Shown: in pieces, positions 57,510 through 64,000 of the stretch
How the letters are laid out: each line of letters opens with the position of its first letter
How positions within the stretch are numbered: position 1 is the stretch's first letter
Assembly: GCA_944381075.1 (NCBI GenBank)
Contig: CALWJT010000029.1
Coordinates: 4,767-68,766 of the forward strand
Length of the DNA stretch: 64,000 nucleotides
From: an uncultured Clostridia bacterium
GTDB lineage: Bacteria > Bacillota > Clostridia > Oscillospirales > CAG-272
Direction of reading: 5' to 3'
Notes under the pieces: model-generated
Databases searched by the model: none
What the model saw: the letters and a program-made list of their open reading frames with translations, nothing else
What the model was told of the DNA's origin: nothing
Position numbers and translations under genes: made by a program

Positions 57510-58589
57510 TCAGAAGCCAAAATCCGTCGGGATCGCTTCATACCCCGCAGGGATCACATCCTCCGGCTTTTCTCCCCGCAGGATGTCGTCGATAAAATCG
57601 AGAAACGCCGTGATATCCGCCATCGTATGTCCGTGTCCGCCGTCGCGGTAATGGACAGCAGCAGCGCCCTCACCAAGAAAATCCCAAACCCGCTTTGCTG
57701 CCCGATAGGAATAATAGCTCCCACGCGGGTTGGCCCAGATGTCGCCGGTCCCGTTCGTCTCGAACAGATACCGCGGTGCGATCAGCGCCTTGATCAAGTG
57801 CATATCATGCGCAAGCTCCGTCTCCCTGCCGGCGAAGGATTTCATATCCGGCCCCAGCCAATACGGAACTGCGCGCACAAGATCGGCAAGCCTCTCAGAG
57901 CGTTCTCCGTTGTCCTCACGCTGCAGATACCGGTAGCAGCCGCAGCCGTGCGCGCCGCTGCCGTTCGGGTTGACAAAGCGGATTCTTTCATCCGTCGCGC
58001 CGGCGAGCAGGACGGCCTTTCCTCCGCGGGAATGACCGGTAACGGCAACGCTGCCGGTATCTGCAAATGGAATATCCGGCAAAACATCGATGACGCGATG
58101 ATAGCCCCATGCCCATGCGGAAACCGCCGAAAATGGATAGGCTGGATAGAGAGGATAGACACCGGAGCTTCTATCGCTGTTATAAATATCGGGTGCAAGC
58201 TCCGTTCGGTCAAATCGTATCACCATAAAGCCTCGGCGTTTAGCCTCCGCTACCGCCTCGTCCCCCACGCATTCATAGCACGCATCCCCGGTAATCAGCA
58301 CCGGAAACGGGCCGTTCCCGTTCGGCATATCGGCATGAAGCAGAAAGGAAAACGTTCTTTTCCCTTCCCCGATATGGATCCGGTAGCTGTTTTTTCGTCC
58401 CCGCAGCGGCGTATGGAGCCTTTCCAGTGAGACACTTGCCGGAGCCGGCGGCATCCCACCGTACTCCAGCCCCACGGCATCCCGCAGAAGCTCAAGGCGC
58501 CGCCGCTCCCAATCCTCTTTGGTCTTTACCCTGCCGCCGTCGGCAAACACAAACGGATCCGGCAGCTTTCCAAGCAAAACATCCTGCAT
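57510..58589 (-). CDS. Alpha/beta hydrolase, glucuronoyl-esterase-like (CE15-like)
   Basis: It has an N-terminal LPDPFVFADG..V.T..DWERRR motif and the nucleophile motif TGHSRGGK, both reminiscent of CE15. I chose ATG 58589 (GGAGGA 7 nt upstream); the track's TTG at 58667 is less likely. No signal peptide is present. Confidence 0.7.
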   Translation of the reverse strand: MQDVLLGKLPDPFVFADGGRVKTKEDWERRRLELLRDAVGLEYGGMPPAPASVSLERLHTPLRGRKNSYRIHIGEGKRTFSFLLHADMPNGNGPFPVLITGDACYECVGDEAVAEAKRRGFMVIRFDRTELAPDIYNSDRSSGVYPLYPAYPFSAVSAWAWGYHRVIDVLPDIPFADTGSVAVTGHSRGGKAVLLAGATDERIRFVNPNGSGAHGCGCYRYLQREDNGERSERLADLVRAVPYWLGPDMKSFAGRETELAHDMHLIKALIAPRYLFETNGTGDIWANPRGSYYSYRAAKRVWDFLGEGAAAVHYRDGGHGHTMADITAFLDFIDDILRGEKPEDVIPAGYEAIPTDFGF

Positions 58590-58663
58590 CTCACATTTCC
58601 TCCGGTCGATTTTTTCGCTATTATACCATAGGACGCCGGCGTTTTCAATCTCTTCCGGAACAT

Positions 58664-61321
58664 TCAAGAGTGCTTGATGCTCAGCCTCTCGAAAATCTTC
58701 CGAACAAGATCAAACGGGACGACCGTAAATGCAAGCATCAAAATATCCCCAATGGCATGATAGGAAAGCGCATGGGTGCGGAACATGGTTCCTCCAAAAT
58801 ATATCAATAAAATCTGGACAATGCTGACAAACAGCATCACCACCAAAAAATTCCGGTTTTTTTTCAGGTTGGAAAGAAGGTTGAGCCGGTGTGTACGGGA
58901 ATTGAACGCATTGAAGATCCCGCAGAAAACAAACAGAGTAAAAAATGCTGTCATAAACCCGACGAAATCGTCCTCAAATCGAAAAGCTTCCCGGAAGGTC
59001 GGCAGCCTTAAAAATGCGATACACATCAGGATGGTATATCCGCCGGTAATCAGAATCTGCCCCAGCATTTCTCTTGTGACAATCGGCTCTCTGCGACTCT
59101 TTGGCTTTTCCTCCATGTATGCGGCCTGAGGTGCTTCTCCGGCAAAGGCAAGACCCGCCAGTGTATCCATAATGATATTGATCCACAGCATCTGCATAAC
59201 GGTCACGGGCGTATCCACACCGATAAACGGACCGACAAGCGACACGCCGACGGCGCAGAAATTCATCGTAAGCTGGAATACGATAAATTTCCGAATGCTA
59301 TGGAAAATGGTCCTGCCGTACAGGATAGCTCTTGTGATCGAAGCAAAATTGTCGTCTAAAATCACGATATCCCCTGCGTCCTTCGCCATTTCCGTACCGC
59401 TTCCCATGGCAAAGCCGACATCTGCGCGCTTGAGAGCAGTCGCATCGTTTACGCCGTCGCCCGTCATGCCGACGACAAGCCCCAGCTCCTGAGACAACCG
59501 AACGAGCCGGCTTTTATCGGTCGGCAGAGCCCTTGCGACGACTCTCAAAAACGGAAGCTTTTCCTTCAGCTCCTTATCGCTCATCTGAGCAAGATCGCTC
59601 CCCGTCAAGACAAGCTCCCGCGCGGAGCCGGTATACAATCCGGCGTCGTGCGCAATGGAAACCGCCGTTTCCCGATTGTCTCCGGTAATCATGACCGTCT
59701 GAATCCCCGCACGCTTCACCGTCTCTACGGCTTCTCTAACCTCCGGACGCAATCTGTCCCGAATGCCGACAAGCGCTACAAGCGTCAGCTTCGCGTCTTC
59801 CCTGTCAAAATCCCGATCGCAGACCGCAAGCAAAAGGACGCGCACCGCCTTTTTTGTCATATCCGAAAGATTTTTCCAGACTGTGTCCGGAAGCCCCTGT
59901 TTCCGAATGCCGTTTCTGTCATAATAGCCGCTGCATTTGGGGAGCAGCTTTTCCGGCGCGCCCTTGATGAGAACCAATTCGCCCGAATCGGAAATCCTCG
60001 TCCAAGAATATTTCTTGCCGCTGTTAAACGGGACCTGCTTTATTTTTTTTACAGACGCGAGCTTCGGAGCAAGCGGCGCGCAAAAGGAAAGAAGCGCGCG
60101 CTCCGTGCTGTTGCCTCCGAGCGCCTTTCCTCCGGAAAGCGCAGCGGAGCCATTGCAGATACAGGAAAGCCCGACAAGGCGCTCAAGCCTGGGAGAGCCA
60201 TGCAGAGCCTCAAGACTGCGATAAACACAGCCGTCTCCGGAAATCACCGTTTCCACGGCAAGGTTTCCGGTCGTAAGCGTCCCTGTTTTATCGGTGAAAA
60301 GAATATTGATGCTGCCGGCAGTTTCGATTCCGATCAGCTTGCGCACCATCACGCCCGCTTTCTGCATCCGCCGCATATTGGAGGATAAAACGACAGTGAT
60401 CATCATCGGCAGTCCCTCCGGCACCGCTACCACGATCACCGATATGGCAAGCAGCGCCGCATGCATGAGATTCTGCGCCATCAACGGAAGGTTGCGCAGC
60501 TCCGCTACAATGGCGGAGCCGACATAACGATTGTCCATTACGACCGCATTGAAAAGATCCGCGAATGCAATCAGCGCCGCCGCCGTATATCCGAGTCTGC
60601 TGATCTGTTTGGCAAGCGCCGCAAGCCTCACCTTCATCGGACTGTCCACGGCGTCGCCCTGGAGTTCTCTGGCAAGGCTTCCGTACATTGTGCTGTCTCC
60701 GACCCGACGGACCAGCATAATTCCCTCTCCGGAAGCGACCGTCGTTCCCCGGAACAGCTGATTTTCAGAGCTGGGATCCCATCGGTCCGACTCACGGGAC
60801 GGGATTTTTTTTGCCTCGGCGCTCTCTCCGTTGATCGCGGACTGATCGACGGAGAGAGCGCCGGATACTAGGATTCCGTCGGCCGGAATCTTTTCTCCCG
60901 CCTCCAAAAGCACAATGTCGCCAACCACGATCTCACCGATGGGAACCGCAAAGAGCTGTCCCGCGCGGCGAACGCGGCATGTCTGATTTTCGGCCTCTCT
61001 TTGAAGACGAAGAAACGCCGATTCGCTTCCGTACTCCGAAAGGGTCGACACAAATGTTGCAAGAAAGACAGCCGCGGCAATGCCTGCCGTCTCAAACCAA
61101 TTCTGCGTGCGGAACATGATAAGTACGTTGACGGCCAGCGCTGCAAGAAGAATTTTGATGATCGGATCGCCAAAGCTCTCTAGATATTTTTTCAGAAAGC
61201 TTTTCCGCTTTTGCCTTGTAAAAAGATTGCTTCCATGTTGATTCCTCGAGGCCGCCACTTCGCTGTGGCTAAGGCCCGAGGCATGAGACGCGGCAGGCGC
61301 CGCCGTTTTTGACATCGCCAT
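58664..61321 (-). CDS. Cation-translocating P-type ATPase (Ca2+-type, P2)
   Basis: It has the motifs TGES (GESAEA), DKTGTLT, KGAPE, MITGDN and GDGVNDATALK, with 10 TM helices. I chose ATG 61321 (GGAGGG 6 nt upstream); the track start at 61348 is a GTG. Confidence 0.92.
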   Translation of the reverse strand: MAMSKTAAPAASHASGLSHSEVAASRNQHGSNLFTRQKRKSFLKKYLESFGDPIIKILLAALAVNVLIMFRTQNWFETAGIAAAVFLATFVSTLSEYGSESAFLRLQREAENQTCRVRRAGQLFAVPIGEIVVGDIVLLEAGEKIPADGILVSGALSVDQSAINGESAEAKKIPSRESDRWDPSSENQLFRGTTVASGEGIMLVRRVGDSTMYGSLARELQGDAVDSPMKVRLAALAKQISRLGYTAAALIAFADLFNAVVMDNRYVGSAIVAELRNLPLMAQNLMHAALLAISVIVVAVPEGLPMMITVVLSSNMRRMQKAGVMVRKLIGIETAGSINILFTDKTGTLTTGNLAVETVISGDGCVYRSLEALHGSPRLERLVGLSCICNGSAALSGGKALGGNSTERALLSFCAPLAPKLASVKKIKQVPFNSGKKYSWTRISDSGELVLIKGAPEKLLPKCSGYYDRNGIRKQGLPDTVWKNLSDMTKKAVRVLLLAVCDRDFDREDAKLTLVALVGIRDRLRPEVREAVETVKRAGIQTVMITGDNRETAVSIAHDAGLYTGSARELVLTGSDLAQMSDKELKEKLPFLRVVARALPTDKSRLVRLSQELGLVVGMTGDGVNDATALKRADVGFAMGSGTEMAKDAGDIVILDDNFASITRAILYGRTIFHSIRKFIVFQLTMNFCAVGVSLVGPFIGVDTPVTVMQMLWINIIMDTLAGLAFAGEAPQAAYMEEKPKSRREPIVTREMLGQILITGGYTILMCIAFLRLPTFREAFRFEDDFVGFMTAFFTLFVFCGIFNAFNSRTHRLNLLSNLKKNRNFLVVMLFVSIVQILLIYFGGTMFRTHALSYHAIGDILMLAFTVVPFDLVRKIFERLSIKHS

Positions 61322-61400
61322 AGATTTCCCTCCGCTTTTCGTTTTCACTGTATAAATTTATTCGGAGAAGCGGCGTTTTATCACACGATCGGGGCAATAG

Positions 61401-61438
61401 AAAAGAAAAGTCCGGATGCAAATACATCCGGACTTTTG
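61401..61438 (-). terminator. Rho-independent terminator after the GH29 gene
   Basis: A 13-bp stem pairs AAAAGTCCGGATG with CATCCGGACTTTT, followed by a T-rich tail on the minus strand. Confidence 0.8.
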
Positions 61439-61443
61439 ACAAG

Positions 61444-62694
61444 CTACGAATAAGCTTTGATGCTTTTGATCTTATAATCCCCGTCATGATCGAGGACCTC
61501 CAGCTTGAACCGCGGCGAACGGATAGCCGGCAGCGTACAGATGCGCTTGTGTCCGATCCCATGACCCTCGCAAAGACAGACCTCCCAATCGGTATAGGGA
61601 TATTTAGACGGGATCGTGGCAATCAGCCGCCATTCCCTCACCGATTCGCCCTCGGTAATATCCTCCTCGATCACCACACGCCTTACCAGAGGCAGATTGA
61701 CCGTATCCGAAATCATAGCATAGGTCTCCCGGGAATAGGAAATCTCATACTTCCCGTCTTTCATAACGGCAGCCTCAAACGGCAGCGGCATAAAATACCG
61801 TCTGCGGATCTCCGCCGCAAGCTCATGCAGGCGTGCGACATCCTCCGGCGCAAGAAGCCCGCGGTCGTCCGGTCCGATATTGAGAAGAAAGTTCGCGCCG
61901 CGCCCTACGGTAGACTCATACATGCCGATCAGCTCCTCCGTCGATTTGATCGACTGCGGATTGAGGTCATAAAACCAGCTGTCGCGCAGCCGGCAGTCCC
62001 CCTCCGCTGCAAGAAACATCGTCTTTTCTTTCCCGAACCGGTCAATGGTCTTGGTGTAGAAATTGCGGGTATCCACGTATCCGTCCTCGTTGCCGACGCC
62101 GTAGACGTCGGGATCGTCCAGCCCGAAAATCAGGATATCCGGCTGAAGGTCACGAATTTTCCCCACAATCCGGTCGGTATCATACCGGTGCTCGCCGGAG
62201 AAAGCGCCGTCCAGCCACAAATAATCGATCGTCCCGTATCTTCCGTCCAAAAGCTCCGTCATCTGTCCGATAAAATATTCGTCGTAAGCCGTCTCATTTG
62301 AAAAATCGATCTCTCCGCCCCACTGCGCGGGAGAATAGTAAAGCCCGCAGCCAAGCCCCGCACGATGGCAGGCATCCGTGAATTCACGGACGACGTCGCC
62401 CTTTCCGCCGCGCCAGCCGGAGCTTGCCACCGAATACTTCGTATAAGCGGAAGGCCAGAGCGCAAAGCCGTCATGATGCTTGGTCGTCAAAACGGCAAAC
62501 CTTGCGCCGGCGAGCTTGATCTCGCGCATCCATTGGTCGCAGTCAAGCTCGGACGGGTCGAATAGGGACGCATCCATTGCCCGTCCGTCCCAGTCGTGGT
62601 GTCCGTGACAAAAGGTCCGGATCCCAAAATGCAGAAAAATGCCAAACTCCCAGTTTAAATATTTCAGCTGATTGGCTTTCGGTTTCAGTTTCAT
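61444..62694 (-). CDS. Alpha-L-fucosidase (GH29)
   Basis: The product reads FGIFLHFG...YAVLTTKHHDGFALWPS..., characteristic of GH29. I chose ATG 62694 (AAGGAAGGAA upstream). No signal peptide is present. Confidence 0.9.
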   Translation of the reverse strand: MKLKPKANQLKYLNWEFGIFLHFGIRTFCHGHHDWDGRAMDASLFDPSELDCDQWMREIKLAGARFAVLTTKHHDGFALWPSAYTKYSVASSGWRGGKGDVVREFTDACHRAGLGCGLYYSPAQWGGEIDFSNETAYDEYFIGQMTELLDGRYGTIDYLWLDGAFSGEHRYDTDRIVGKIRDLQPDILIFGLDDPDVYGVGNEDGYVDTRNFYTKTIDRFGKEKTMFLAAEGDCRLRDSWFYDLNPQSIKSTEELIGMYESTVGRGANFLLNIGPDDRGLLAPEDVARLHELAAEIRRRYFMPLPFEAAVMKDGKYEISYSRETYAMISDTVNLPLVRRVVIEEDITEGESVREWRLIATIPSKYPYTDWEVCLCEGHGIGHKRICTLPAIRSPRFKLEVLDHDGDYKIKSIKAYS

Positions 62695-62811
62695 AACGTT
62701 TCCTTCCTTTTTGTTGAAAAAGAATCCATGCTCGTTAAAAAGCAATGTCTATGGTATTTTTTCCAAAGGTATTGTACCATTCTGCCAAATAAAAGTCAAT
62801 GAAGAAAAATA

Positions 62812-62840
62812 TTGACAAAATGAAAAAAATGCGATATAAT
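62812..62840 (+). promoter_or_regulatory. Perfect-consensus sigma-A promoter of the LamG lipoprotein gene
   Basis: TTGACA (62812-62817), exactly 17 nt, then TATAAT (62835-62840). Confidence 0.7.
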
Positions 62841-62922
62841 TAAAATGTAGAACAAAAGTAGAAGTTTTGAACAAAAAACGCCTACTTCTTTTTACAATTT
62901 AACCAAGAAAGGATCCACAGAC

Positions 62923-63837
62923 ATGAAAAAATTGCTCGCTCTTTTGCTGGTTGTTGTTTTGACGGCCACGATGTTCGCCTGCGGCGGAACGGCTGAGGAA
63001 ACCACAGCCCCCACGGACTCCACAGAAACGACTGCAACCACCACAACCTCCGGTACGACCGCCACGACACCTGAGACGACCGAAACCACGGCAACAACAG
63101 CAACCACCGCGACCACCGAACCCCCGCAAACAACGGAGACGACCACCTCGACGCCGACGCCCATTACCCCCAGCACCGACGAATATGCTAAAAACCTTGC
63201 GGCGTATTGGAACTTTGAGGAAAATCAAGACGGTGTCCTTGTCGACCTTTCTGGCAATGGAAACGACGGCACCATCGCCGGCACGCCCGAAATCGTCGAG
63301 GGAAAAGACGGAAATGCGTTTTCCTTTACTGCGCTCGGCCAGCACATTGAAGTAAAAAAATCCGACAGCCTTGCTTTTTCCGCCGATAAAAGCTTTTCTC
63401 TCGTCGCTACATTCCAATGGGACGGCAGAGCGCTTGACAACTGGCCCTGCATTATCAACAACGGACTTATGACCACAACGAAGAATTTCAAATACTTCGG
63501 CTTCTGGATCAATCATACGAATAAAATTCCGCAGTTCGGCATCTCCAACGCCAACGCAACCGGCACGCTGAACATCGCGCCCCAAAATTACACGCTGGAT
63601 ACGGAATGGCACACCTTCGTCATGGTTCAGGACGGAGAGGCAGGCACGCTGAAATTCTATATTGACGGCATCCTCGTCGGTACGACGGACGCGATCAACG
63701 CCATGACGGAAGCCAATCTCTTTATCGCCTATAACGGCAACAGCGGAAATCAGGGACAGTTCACCGGAATCATCGACGATATCCGGATTTATGACTGCGC
63801 CATTTCCGAAACATACATCCAAAGCATTTCCGAATAA
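62923..63837 (+). CDS. Lipoprotein with Thr-rich linker and LamG/concanavalin-A-like lectin domain
   Basis: It has a signal peptide plus lipobox (LTATMFAC) and a Thr/Pro/Glu linker of about 60 aa. The LamG-type body reads WNFEEN...DLSGNGNDG..., F.G.IDDIRIYD. Confidence 0.8.
   Translation: MKKLLALLLVVVLTATMFACGGTAEETTAPTDSTETTATTTTSGTTATTPETTETTATTATTATTEPPQTTETTTSTPTPITPSTDEYAKNLAAYWNFEENQDGVLVDLSGNGNDGTIAGTPEIVEGKDGNAFSFTALGQHIEVKKSDSLAFSADKSFSLVATFQWDGRALDNWPCIINNGLMTTTKNFKYFGFWINHTNKIPQFGISNANATGTLNIAPQNYTLDTEWHTFVMVQDGEAGTLKFYIDGILVGTTDAINAMTEANLFIAYNGNSGNQGQFTGIIDDIRIYDCAISETYIQSISE
62989..63174 (+). repeat. Low-complexity ACN-codon (Thr-rich) tract
   Basis: The tract encodes TAEETTAPTDSTETTATTTTSGTTATTPETTETTATTATTATTEPPQTTETTTSTPTP. 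It shows a strong A+C strand bias and generates spurious antisense ORFs (62882..63176). Confidence 0.9.
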
Positions 63838-63867
63838 TTCGTTTTCACTCGCAAAGGAAACAGCAGA

Positions 63868-64000
63868 ATGAAAAAAATCACGGCATTTTTTCTTGTAATC
63901 GCCTTGGTCATGGGAATCTCTGTATCCTGCGGCAAGCCGCAGGATACAGAGACCACGGCCTCCTCACAAGCGACATCCTCTGCGGCAGGCGGTTCGGAAA
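63868..64000 (+). CDS. Putative lipoprotein, 5' fragment (runs off the window)
   Basis: The ATG at 63868 follows AAAGGAAA. The product begins MKKITAFFLVIALVMGISVSCGKPQDTETTASSQATSS..., with a lipobox followed by a Ser/Thr-rich linker. Confidence 0.6.
   Translation, partial: MKKITAFFLVIALVMGISVSCGKPQDTETTASSQATSSAAGGSE

Noticed and set aside
58590-58667. A TTG start of the esterase overlapping the ATPase stop (TTGA), implying translational coupling.
   Set aside because: ATG 58589 is preceded by GGAGGA at 7 nt, and the conserved LPDPF motif begins right after it. The TTG extension has no RBS.
60043-60050. An A8/T8 homopolymer inside the P-type ATPase gene as a slipped-strand phase-variation site.
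   Set aside because: The tract is in frame (codons for KK-I-K), the gene is intact, and tracts of 8 are common. I have no evidence for variation.
62841-62922. A possible attenuator or riboswitch hairpin (AGAAGT...ACTTCT followed by TTTTT) in the 5' leader of the LamG lipoprotein gene.
   Set aside because: The stem is only 6 bp with a loop of about 20 nt and no supporting extension. This is too weak to call.
62882-63176. Repetitive DNA in the Thr-rich tract, considered as a CRISPR-like or tandem repeat or a DGR variable region. Antisense ORFs 62882..63133 and 62892..63176 lie in the same tract.
   Set aside because: There is no regular repeat-spacer periodicity, no template repeat elsewhere in the window and no reverse transcriptase. 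It is codon-level low complexity (ACN) in a linker, and the antisense ORFs are artefacts of it.

Overview
This 64 kb window looks like a housekeeping chromosomal segment of a spore-forming Firmicute. It appears Clostridia-like (spo0A, hemZ, an ECF transporter module, clpE), but I cannot verify the taxon. GC content is moderately high, which produces many long antisense shadow ORFs.

I call 59 protein-coding genes and two tRNAs (Thr-UGU and Tyr-GUA). One gene carries an in-frame TAA and two are cut by the window edges. 47 genes are on the minus strand, and only 4 of the first 47 genes are on the plus strand. Genes sit in tightly packed arrays with many 4-nt ATGA overlaps.

Gene blocks in order:
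- hemZ-dtd-relA-recJ, then an FAD protein with cdaR-cdaA
- ispDF and spo0A
- pstSCAB-phoU-HDIG-phoPR, with Pho boxes upstream
- a GH78 rhamnosidase-like gene divergent from an orphan fucI
- a seven-gene array: a flavoprotein trio (with DUF1667), mgtC and proBAC
- DUF1848
- marR with two ABC half-transporter genes (the first carries the in-frame stop)
- an ArsB/NhaD-type permease
- an AT-rich orphan gene
- a tRNA-Thr/tRNA-Tyr unit with a consensus promoter
- a long array: a PDT/ACT-like gene, ruvCAB, a methyltransferase, ecfA1A2T, truA, a membrane protein, cvpA, clpE, rluA and a lipoprotein
- dusB with an SGNH hydrolase, then nrdR
- a metal-exporter-like gene, ybaK, a CE15-like esterase, a Ca-type P-type ATPase and a GH29 fucosidase
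- LamG/Thr-rich lipoproteins

I saw no transposase, integrase, phage, CRISPR, restriction-modification, toxin-antitoxin or recognisable defence genes. I do not see a convincing novel multi-gene system.

The best leads are modest:
- a truncated prephenate-dehydratase/ACT-like protein translationally coupled to ruvC
- the AT-rich orphan next to tRNA-Tyr
- an HDIG phosphohydrolase embedded in the pst-pho operon
- the nonsense-interrupted ABC exporter
- the unusual flavoprotein-mgtC-proBAC array
- repeated leader and operator-like motifs around dusB and nrdR

All homology calls come from motif recognition by eye, not from database searches.
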